A DNA stretch of 63,970 bases, the filler included, from Atractiella rhizophila (lineage: Eukaryota), in the NCBI GenBank assembly GCA_021432655.1. It is 11 parts of 8 records of this genome, joined end to end, with 100 filler letters (N's around TTAATTAATTAA, not from the genome) between each part and the next. Parts side by side here need not be neighbours in the genome. Positions count along the whole stretch, not along the records: positions 36,089 to 45,785 come from MU272104.1; positions 45,886 to 55,567 come from MU272105.1; 9 more parts are not named here. The stretch is one strand, 5' to 3'. Under the pieces are notes generated by a model that made no database searches, was not told where the DNA came from, and worked only from the letters and a program-made list of their open reading frames with translations. The first letter of the stretch is position 1. The number at the start of each line of letters is the position of its first letter. The position numbers and the translations under genes were made by a program. Below, one piece after another: positions 41,463 through 51,823 of the stretch.

Positions 41463-44400
41463 ATGTCGTCCCTGCGGCCTCCAAATCAGACGCCCAGAGC
41501 AGTCAAAAAGTCTACGGGGCCATCGACAGCTGCCTCTCCCCAAGGTGCGTCTCTCATCTCCCGAGTTGAGCGAAGAAGCCAACGAAAACATGCACAGTAC
41601 GCGCCGCCCTCGCCGCCCTTCGAGCCAAATCACAGGCGCCAGAAACACCTACGCCTGCAAAGGCAACTTCTCCTCCTCCAGAGCCAGCATCTCCAACGCC
41701 AACGCCGCGTGCTGGGGCTTCCAAGACTTCTTCCAGCTTAGGAAGAGCCGCCGGGTCATCCCTTCGCACTCCTACTGCTCCACGCACTGGGACTGCCTCT
41801 GCTTCTTCTACGAGGGGAGGGGCGATAAGGAAAAGCCCATCCGCTTCTGGATTGCGCGGAAGAGGAGCGGCGAAGACGACGACGACGCCTGGAAGGAAGG
41901 TGCTGCCGAAGGAAGATAAGTGGAATGATGGTGCGAGTGCCTTTGATTTTGGAGGGTTCGGAGGTGGAGGGTCTGGAGGAGGGAGTGGAGCAGCACGCGG
42001 AGGCGGATGGCTCGACAGCGCGGCTGATAGCTTGCTGCCTCCCGTTGGTCCGCTGGTAGAGAAAGCGCGTAGTACAGGTATGTCTACTTCCTGCCTAGAT
42101 GTGCATCATGGTGCAGTGGTAAAGAATGAGTTGCACAGGACACTTGAATATCAGTTCCCGGTCTATGCCATCCCTTCCATCTGAACTGTGGACCCTTCTA
42201 CCGTCTACGTCGCCATATCATCCGTCCAATATGCCTTCCCTGCCATCCAAAAGCACGAGTTCTGGCTCAAATACGATCCTTAACTTTGATTTCTCGACGT
42301 ACGAGCCAGTGTCCTCCTCTTCGTATTGGAACGAAAAGGAACTAAAGACGTTGAAGGCGGGCACAAACGAGCTTACTTCTCTCGAGGTCCAGATAGGGGA
42401 TTTTAAGGATCTCGAACACCTCGATCTGCATAATAACCTACTCCAGTCGCTTCCCTCCACCTTCCTCAACTTGACCAACCTGACGACACTCGACCTATCC
42501 TCCAACAAACTCTCCTCCTTCCCACTCCCCCTCCTCGCACTCTCCAATCTCACCTCACTCGACCTCTCCTCCAACTCCCTCCCCTCTCTTTGGACTTCTT
42601 CCTTTCGAGATGAATTGGAGAAATGTAAAGAAGAATCTGCGAAAGAAGAAGTGGAGAGGAAAGAAGCCATAAAAGCCATAACGGGCGACGAATCTTTCGG
42701 TTCCTTACTCGATTCCTCCTACAATTCCAGCGGTGGATTTTTCGCCGGTTTCCAGCAAAAGAAGACCTTTCTACCTACTCCTCTTCCTAGGGCTCAATCC
42801 CCTCCTCTATCCCGCGACCCGAATAATGCACCATGGCCGAAGCTGACAAGTCTGAAGCTCGTGGCCAACAAACTGACACTGCCAGCTCTGGAGGAGATTG
42901 GGGACGGTTGGCCCGTCCGACTCGTGACCCTGGAGATGGATGGAAATGTACTTGGCGTGGGAAAACGAGACGGTGGGGAGGTGTTGAAGGTATTTGGAGG
43001 ACTAGAACGATTGGAAAAGCTCAGTCTGAGGAATAACGAGATTGGAGATTCCTTCTTCCGATCTTTGGAGGGCGATGCGCAGGGGAATGAAGCGAGGGAG
43101 CAGGGCCGTTGGAAATCGTTGAAGGAACTAGATCTCATGAGTAACGAGATCGACTCCACTTCCGGGCTCGAAGGCACGTTGGGGATCGTGATGGAATCGA
43201 AAGAGAGGCGAGCGGAATATCGAGGCTTGCCGGACAGCTTGACGAAGCTGGTGAAAGCGACGATGCCGCGGGAAGGAGAAGGGGTATGGAATGTAAGCGT
43301 TGGAGTGGGAGAAAATTTCTTGAAGGATGAAGGCAAGAGAAGGAGGGAGATGTTGAGGCGGAAGAAAGCGAGTAGAGCCGAGAATAAGCTCGCGGCTGCT
43401 GCTATTGGGAAGGAGGAGAAGAGTAAAGAAGAAGAGGAGGAGGAGGAGCGAGATGAAAGAGAGGCGGACGCGGATGAGGACACTCAGGTCGTGGAAGTCC
43501 CGCTGAAAGAAAAGGGCAGAGAGGATAACTCACCCCCTCCTCCGTACATGCCTTCAGAGAAGCCACTCAAGTCAAGGCAGAGACAGGCGTCAGAAGTTAC
43601 GACTGCCACGGAAGGGAAGAAGGTTGAGAAACTTGCGTGGGAGGTAGATGCTGAAGAGGGACTGACAGAAGGTGCGAGGAGGAGAGCGAGGATAGAGGCG
43701 TCGAGACGAGCAGCAGTCGAGGAAAGAGAGAATAAGGTTGGAGAGGAGGAAGACTTGAGCGTCGTCTATCACGCTTACAATGCACATTCCCATTCTCTCA
43801 ATTTATCAAACAGTAAACTCGAACGCCTCCCCATACCTTCATCCGACGATTTCGAACCTATCGATCCGCGTACAGTGGATTTGTCCAAGAACGCCATGAA
43901 GGATCTTCCGTGGGATTCACTGGCCGCATGGGGATGGAGGGATAACTTGAAAAGTCTTGATTTGAGTCGGAACAAGATAGCCGCAGTACAGTTGATGGGC
44001 TGGATGGACGGCAGGGGAAACCACGTCGTATTTCCAAACCTCGAATCGCTCAACCTATCTGGAAACTCGCTCTCCGATCGTGTCAAGGTCACGTCTCCCA
44101 CTTCGTCCCCTAACGGTGGCACAGCGACGTCCGCGCTCTTCTTCGAGGTCGTGGCGAAGGCAGCGCCGGGTTTGAAGAGCCTGGAATTGACCTTTAATTT
44201 CTTCACGTCCTGTGACGGCATCCAGTCCCTGCTCATGCCGAGTAAAGGCAAGGGTCTGGAGTGGTTAGGTCTCAGTGGGAATAAGGTGGCAGACCTCGAG
44301 GATTTAGTGGCGTTAGCGGAGAAGATTAAGGAGGAGGGAAAGGGGGAGGGGTGGAGGTGTGAAGAGGTAGACTTTAGGGACAATGAAATCAGTAGGGTAG

Positions 44401-44600
44401 GTCCTTTCTTTCTCGACGGCGCAATCAAATAAATGCTAATCGGTGCTTGGATCATGTAGCTCCCACCAGCCCTTGGATTCCTCCCGCTCAGCTCGTTTCT
44501 CGTCACTGGTAACACGTTCAGAGTACCTCATCGCCGTGTATATGAGGTTGGAGGGACGAAAGAGCTCATGAAATGGCTCAGGAACTCTTATTCAGGATAA
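41463..44600 (+). CDS. Leucine-rich repeat protein
   Basis: Many LxxLDLSxNxL repeats, acidic linker, C-terminal LPPALGFL...GNTFRVP. Confidence 0.9.
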
Positions 44601-45885
44601 GATCATCTTTTGTTAGTGATTCATGGTCCGTTCATCTTGCATTTCAATCATTTGGCCACCATTTTTTTCTTGTCACAAGGATTCTCAAGTCAGCAGTACT
44701 CTACTCTACATTGTTGCTAGTAATCGTTCGAGATGCATATTATTAAATTATCGCCCCATTTTCAGGTCTGAAAGAGAACTGTTTAGCAAGAGAGATTGTA
44801 GTACAGGAACCTTTCAAAGAGGAAGGAAAGCAAATGAATCATTCGCTGCACCAAATGATACTTTGACCCTCACCATGAGTCATCAAAACAACAAACAAAA
44901 GTTCGCCTGCTTTGACCTTCAAGGCAACTTTAACGACGCAGTGTCAACGACGATCGTATTGCTCCAGGTATGCTCAAATGTGTTAGCTGCCGAATACAAA
45001 CGGTGGAGTGGTGAATATTGCGGTCGATGGATTGAAGTGGAAGTCGACTGGAAGGATGTCACATCATTTTTGCAGGGGAAAGGAAGAAGAGAATCTAGTG
45101 CGCTTTTCTTTGGCTTGCAGCAATTGTGGCGCGGGTCGATGTCTCTCTTCGATTCCTCTTAGCCTTCACAGGCTCGCGAGTGTCATCATTTTCGATCTAA
45201 ATTGAACTTTTTCGGATGTTTCTCGAGGAGTCGTCCTAAGACTGGCTACTGCAAGGGAACGTGATTGCCCTAAAATATAACAATTGCATGAGACTTAAAA
45301 CCGTCTTAAGCTCGAGTTGTAGCGCAATAACCCAATTTCAAGAACAAACGTCGATGCGATAGTGTGAGCGGAGCAAACCTTTGCGGTTGTCCAAAAGTGC
45401 GGATTTTGACTTTTTCTGTCTCTTTGTGATCAGAGTTCGCCGAGGATGAAATTTATATGAAACATCAGCAAATGTGAAAAATAATTGATTTGTCACTGGC
45501 TGAAACAACATGCTTTGATTTTCAAGCAGATACTTTCTCACATGCATTCTTTCTTCCTACAATGCTGCGACTTTTCATCTCCAACCATAAGATTCACTAC
45601 CCTGTTGACCTCTATAGAAGGACCAAGGTGCTCATTGTACTCTTGAGGCATTTCACTCAATAGCGTTGTAATGACGCCGCCTGCCCACCACGGTGACAAA
45701 CCAAAAGGGTCATCCAATGGAGAACCTGCCCATCGAATTGATTCGAATTGACCAGCTTTGCATCGCCACATCAAGCGGTTTCGATNNNNNNNNNNNNNNN
45801 NNNNNNNNNNNNNNNNNNNNNNNNNNNNNTTAATTAATTAANNNNNNNNNNNNNNNNNNNNNNNNNNNNNNNNNNNNNNNNNNNN

Positions 45886-46149
45886 AAAGCAATAAAAGGA
45901 AAACTCGGAAATAAGACATACTGAGCAGTACAAGTGAGAAAGGACAATAAAGCAATAATGGAGACGGTGCAGACCGGCGAAATGTATAAGGTTTGCTGAG
46001 CGGCGATTCGTGTGAGACAGGGGAAGGCGGCGATCAGCGAGAACGTGAGCAAAGCGGCGATGGGCAGGCGCGTGGTCCTATGGCATGGTAAAGTGGGTCA
46101 CGTGACTTCAGATGGTGCATTTCGGTAATGCGTAGGGGCAAGCCTGACA
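45886..46149 (-). repeat. Partial LTR (family E, TGTCAGG end) abutting gypsy pol
   Basis: Ends CCTGACA like the 48370 solo LTR; gypsy coding similarity starts immediately after. Confidence 0.55.
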
Positions 46150-47965
46150 ATGAACTGACGAAAATCGAGGTCTCCTGGGTCTGGAGGGTAGATCAGCAAC
46201 GTTCATTCAACGCTTTGAAACAGCTCATGACTTGGGCGCCCATTTTGGCACATCTCGAACAAATAAGACGATTTTTGCTCGAAGTCGACGCATCAAATTT
46301 TGCGACGGGCGCCGTTTTGTCGCAAATGAAGTCAGATGACAAGTTTCACCCTCTCGGTTTCGTGTCAAAATCGCTCAATGCTGCCCAGAGAAACTATGAC
46401 ACCTATGACAAAGAAATGCTTGCGATTATGTGGGGGCTGCAAGAATGGAGACGTCTTCTTCAGGGTACTGATGAGCCATTTCTGATCTTGACAGACCACA
46501 AAAACCTTGAATATTTCAGGATGCCACAAAAGTTAATCGGCGACAAGTGAGGTGGATCACTGAACTTGCATCTTTCAACTTCACAATTTTATACCGTCCC
46601 GGACAAAACTCCGCAAAACCAGATGCGCTCAGTCGGCTACCCGATCACAACCCGGCCACTCGCAACAAGTTCGATGTAGTATTACTCCCAGAGCGTTTTT
46701 TCAACACGGATTGTATTACCATTAGTGCAACACGGAGTGCGGTTGCGCTCACAAGGCAAATGTCGGAGTTGAGCATACTGGAGCGCGTGAAAAGATGCCT
46801 GAACGGGAAGAACGGGTGGTCAAAGCCTTGATAGAGATCCTGGACGAACCAGTCAATTCCATTCGCCGACGCGAATGGCAAGAAGTCGACGGCGCTGTCT
46901 ATTTTCACGGAAAACTCTACATTCCTCGCGACGACGAAATTCGCCGCTCGATTTTGCAAGATCTGCATGATTCGCAAATCGCCGGTCATCCAGGCGTAAA
47001 ATCGACGACGGCTCTCGTGAAAAGGTACTACTGGTGGCCAGGTTTGGCGCATTACGTCCGCCGCTACGTCGGCGCCTGTCACACTTGTCACAGAACGAAA
47101 AACTTTCCTTCCCGACCTGTCGGGTTTTTGCAACCAAATGATATTCCCACACGTCGTTGGCAAATCATCAGCATGGACTTAGTTGGACCACTCCCAGAAT
47201 CGGGGGGGTTTGATACGATTTTCGTCATAGTAGACAGACTCTCAAAACGTACCTGTCTCATACCTACTCATTCGACGATGGATGCGGAAGGCATTGCAAG
47301 ACTTTTCGCGATCATGTATGGAAGTTACATGGACTTTTCGATGTTGCAATTTTCGATCGCAGAAAAGAGTTTGTGTCCAAACTCACATTGGCACTTTTTC
47401 GCCTTTTAGGCATCAAATGTTCACATCGACAGCCTACCACCCATAAAGTGGTGGCCAGACTGAACGTATGATATGAACCAAGAAGTTGAACAATATTTAC
47501 ACATTTTCTGCAACAACCTTCAAGATAATTGGGTGGAAGGACTTCCCAAAGCAGAATTTGCGCTCAACGATCGTGTCAGTTCGGCGACGGGCGTAACTCC
47601 ATTTTCGCTCGATTGCGGTCAACATCCTCGCATGGCCTTTGAACCCATCTCTGACGAGGATGTTCCCGAAGCGGCGCAATTCGTTGAAAAGATGCAAATC
47701 GCTGACCGGGAAGCACAAGCGGCACTCGAACAAGCAGCTGATCTCATAGCAAAGCATTATGACAGAAAATGCGCACAGGTGCCCGAATATCATGTCAGCG
47801 ATTTCGTCTGGTTGAGCGTAAAAAACATTAAATCAACAAGACCTGTCAAGAAGTTGGACGACAAATGGCATGGCCCCTTTCACGTTTTGCACGTTTTTTG
47901 TAACCCCTCAACCTTAAACTCGAGTTACCATCCTCATGGAAGATGCATCCAGTGTCGCATGTTGG
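46150..47965 (+). mobile_element. Degenerate Ty3/gypsy pol (RNase H, integrase)
   Basis: VDASNFATGAVL, YDKEMLAI, TDHKNL, HD...AGHPG, YWWPG, SMDLV; frameshifts and stops. Confidence 0.93.
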
Positions 47966-47968
47966 CCA

Positions 47969-48940
47969 TCTCGCGAGTTTGCTCTCTCGCGTTTGCAGTC
48001 TTGCGAGTTTGCATTCTTCGCATTCTCGCCAGTTGGCCGTCTTGCAGGTTTGCTGTCTCGCAAGTTGGCCGTCTCGCGAGTTGGCAGTCTCGCAAGTTTG
48101 CTGTCTCGTTAGTTTGCTCTCTTGCGTTTGCTGTCTTGCGAGTTTGCAATCTTGCTACTTTGCTGTCTCGCTAGTTTGCATTCTTGCTAGTTTGCATTCT
48201 TGCTAGTTTGCATTCTTGCTAGTTTGCTGTCTCGCGAGTTTGCATTCTCGCTAGTTTACTGTCTCGCTAGTTTACTGTCTCACTAGTTTGCTGTCTCGCG
48301 AGTGTGCTCTCTCGCATTTGCAGTCTCGCAAGTTTGCTATCTCGCGAGTTAGCTGTCTCGCAAGGCAACTGTTAGGGCTGACACTATGTGCGGTCGCTGA
48401 CAGGCGATGCGTCTGTAGTGGAGATAAACCTAAGTGCATGATATGACATGAAGACTAACCTGTAGTGGAGATAAACCTAAGAGAATACTCTGAGGTCACC
48501 TCCACTACTCTCTGATCTATATATACAAGCGGAATAACACTGCCACAGAGCGTAGAGGAGAGCAGATGAAACATGTAAGAGAACTAAAAGGGAAGTGACA
48601 GTGGGATTACGCGGAGTTAATAAGAGGAGGGTAGGCACAATTGGGCTAAGTGGTGATGTAGGTGCAAATGGGCGACGGGAGACGCAGTGGCGACGGGCGC
48701 CGATTCGCAGGGAACGCAAATGGGCGATAGGAGACGCAATCCGGCGAACGGGCGCCGATTTGCATAAGATGCAAACCTGACAGCAACCTAGCATTTGGGT
48801 TCACCTCGCAAGTTTGCCATCTCGCGAGTTTGCTGTCTCACGAGTTTGATGTCTCGCGAGTTTGCTGTCTCGCGAGTTTGATGTCTCGCGAGTTTGTTGT
48901 CCCGTGAGTTTGTTGTCCCGCAAGTTTGCTCTCTCGCGCA
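47969..48940. repeat. 16-bp minisatellite (consensus TCGCGAGTTTGCTGTC) in two blocks, ~47969-48363 and ~48805-48940
   Basis: Directly visible periodicity. Confidence 0.9.
48370..48782 (-). repeat. Solo LTR (family D, 413 bp)
   Basis: TG...CA ends, imperfect terminal inverted repeat, perfect GCAAC target-site duplication, TATATATA. Confidence 0.9.
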
Positions 48941-49091
48941 TCTGCTCCCTCGCAACTACAGGGGCACTTCGCACGTTGCAACCCATCGCTGAACCAAACT
49001 TCACCTTTCACGACTGGAAGGCACTTTGCACGTTGCAGCCAGCCTGTGGCCCAAAGTGCCCACTTCTCGACTGGTAGCGAACTGAGCCCCC

Positions 49092-49637
49092 TCACAATGA
49101 ACCTCGCATGTTTGAGCGAGTTCGCTTCGGGGCTGATCCCACCTCGCGAACCATTTTGGCTGTCACGTCTGAGCTGACAGGACTCAACAGTGTGTTCCGT
49201 CCCGTCAGGTTAGTTCCGTCAGTCAGCGCCTCGCAACTAGGCTGACGGGACTCAGCCTGCCCTGACCCCCAGCCAAATTTGACTGACGGAACAGTTCCGT
49301 CATGAAGGAATAGTAGTAGATGTCCATCGTGAGGGGCTTCTTGCCAGTATTTCGATAACCGATTCGCAGGGTGGAGTTCTTTCAATCTTTCGGACGTGAA
49401 CTTGATCGTCTTCAGAAGGTCTCGCTCCTTGCTGGGTAATTTTGGGTCCAGCATCCACAAATCAAATTCTTTTCCGTGCAGTTTTTCGCCCAACTTTTGA
49501 AGGATTGCCTCCTCTAACGCAGCAACCGTTTTGTTGGCAGGAAATTCGATAACAGACGTTTTTCCGACTAGCTGATTTTCATCACCGGGTTGCACTACTT
49601 GATACAGTAACTCATAAACGACGTCGTGAGCCGACAT
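49092..49637 (-). CDS. Crinkler (CRN)-type N-terminal ubiquitin-like header, truncated
   Basis: TVAALEEAI...FDLWML...LHPANRLSKYW..P..GHLLLFL. Confidence 0.65.
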   Translation of the reverse strand: MSAHDVVYELLYQVVQPGDENQLVGKTSVIEFPANKTVAALEEAILQKLGEKLHGKEFDLWMLDPKLPSKERDLLKTIKFTSERLKELHPANRLSKYWQEAPHDGHLLLFLHDGTVPSVKFGWGSGQAESRQPSCEALTDGTNLTGRNTLLSPVSSDVTAKMVREVGSAPKRTRSNMRGSL

Positions 49638-50262
49638 TGTCTCAAGAATGGGACATGGGACAAGAGTTAGGACGAGTTGGGATGGAGAATGATCGTTAAC
49701 GCCAGTTCCCCCTTGGGGTTTACTACCTCACTGCATCGTTGCTGCTAAAACTGACTAGCTCCCAAGTTGAACCTGGTTATTACTCGTTGGGTTTGGCAAG
49801 GTCTTGAGAAGATTTGCTCAGAGAGGAAATTGCATTTGCCAAAAAGGTATGTATGAAACCTGGCACCCGTTCTGTTGCGCCTCAGCAGGACCTCTCTGCT
49901 AATATCTCCTACAGTATGCACCAAAAATTTGGAGCAAATTTGCCAAAATGGCAAGGATGGATCTGTGGATATGAGCTCGGGAGAGATGGAGGCGGAGGGA
50001 GCGAGGAAGAGATTGGAGAGATCGTCAAGTTTTACCTTACACTCTGGACAAGCAGTGACAGGGTTCGATCGTCCTGCATGCCTGGCACAATTAAAAGGAA
50101 TGGCTGGGGACAGGACAGGAATCTCTATCCCGAGCGAACATGCGGGGGCTTGGGAATCCCATATGCCAAAATTGCAGAGTGAGGTGGTATAATAGAACCT
50201 CTGTGATACTACCTTATAAGTTGAAACGCAGAGATTTAGCTGTGGTTCTGCCTTGAGAGTCG

Positions 50263-51457
50263 TCAAGCAAACCCAGTCCTGCCAACCCACTCCCCAGCCG
50301 CTGGTCCCCCCATCCGGCGTATCACAGTGAGCCAGAACCACTTGCCATCCACCCACATTTCCCTTTCACCAAAGTCGATGGCATGCAGGACAAGCTCTGC
50401 ATTGACCTTGGCCAACCGTGCTAGTTTCGCTCCTCCCTCTTCCACCGACAACTGAGATGTAGAGGCGGATGGTGAAGAAGGGGACAGCAATACACATCCC
50501 ACTCGCAACTCCAGCTCACGATGCTCTGGTACCACAGCCAGCTCCACCTTTTCGAATGCAGAACCCTCACTCGCCTCCTTCTTGATAGGGTGTGCGACGA
50601 TCCTCAATCCCTTCGTCTCTAATCGGAGACAGTCCAAGAAATGTACCTCCGCAGCTGACGAGCTGGTGTGAGTGAATCCGGGGAGGGGAAGCGCGGCTTC
50701 GGGGCGTGTGAGGAGATAGAGGGCTGGGGAGGAGGAGCGGAGGAGGAAGGGGAGGAGGAGAGCGCAAAGGGCAGGGAGAGACGAAGGGCGGGTGTTTGTT
50801 GCTGCTTGCGGTGGAGGGAGGGGCAGAGTCATGATTGAAGCTGGGGACGAGAGGGGGACGAGAGAGTGGGAGTGCGCGAACGCAGTGGGATTGGGAGGCG
50901 ACATGGAACTGTGCGAAAAGAGTTAGAGGAGCGCATGTACATGGAAGAGAAGAGAGGACAGACGAGACAATAACCGTGTCAATTGTTGACCAGGGAAGGG
51001 AGGAGGCCATCTCCCTCAGCGATGCTCCAAGCGAGAGTTCGCAGGTCACCACTTGGACACCTTCGATGATTGGATAACCATCCCCCTTCCTGACGACCAC
51101 AATAACCTCTGCTCCTCTTTGTTTATACTGCTTCACGACCTCCACGTCGACCGCTGTCCGAACCCCACTCACGACAAAGAGTACCTTCTCTTGCTGAGGA
51201 AGAAGGATGCGAGTCCTGTCACGTAAGACGGCGAGGAGAACGCGTGAGGTGTGCACGAGGAGGAAGATGCGAAATGGTATCGTGAGGGTGAGGTAGCGTG
51301 TCGGATTCAGAGGCAACGGCGAAGGATAGAGTACAAAGATGAGCAGCAGCGTGAAGTAGGCGATGTAGAGTCCGAGGGAGAGGATGAGGCGGGAGGGACG
51401 GAGCGTGAAGCGGAGGAGCGTTAGGAAGTGCTGGATGTCAGACCGCTGAGCTTCCAT
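50263..51457 (-). CDS. Membrane protein with a degenerate SDR/Rossmann-like domain
   Basis: N-terminal TM helices, VLFVVSG...GAEVIVVVR...CELS...IDTVIVSS; one intron. Confidence 0.5.
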
Positions 51458-51823
51458 TTCTGTAGATATATTGGTATGTTGGAGTTGAACGAAAAGCAAT
51501 CGATTGAGACGTTTATCAAGTCGAGTAGGCGGCGCGGGTTCGGTATAGCTTGATTGGAATATGCATCAGTACTACCCCATCGCATGGCGTGAGAACGAGA
51601 AGAATACCAATGGTTCACTGAAACAATGTTCTACCAGAGTCCCTATCTTTTCGCAGGATGATGAGGGAGCTGGTTGTTATTGGTGTCTCTGCTAGCACGT
51701 GATCCAGAATCGTGGTTTTGATCGAATAATACTCCTTCCTGTTCAAGTTGCTGTTCTCCGATTGCTACCTGGCGTATTTCGCTCTGGCTCGCCTACGTTG
51801 TCCTGAAATCAAGCGCTGAAACG

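Noticed and set aside
42794..44515. Long antisense ORFs (also opposite ADE3, CUS2 and others)
   Set aside because: Shadow frames of well-supported genes
44623..45780. ORFs downstream of the LRR gene
   Set aside because: No recognisable protein features
47969..48940. CRISPR-like array (also 53582-53670)
   Set aside because: Tandem units without unique spacers, eukaryotic context, no cas genes
49745..50356. Overlapping ORFs between the CRN-like and SDR-like genes
   Set aside because: No family signal to choose among them
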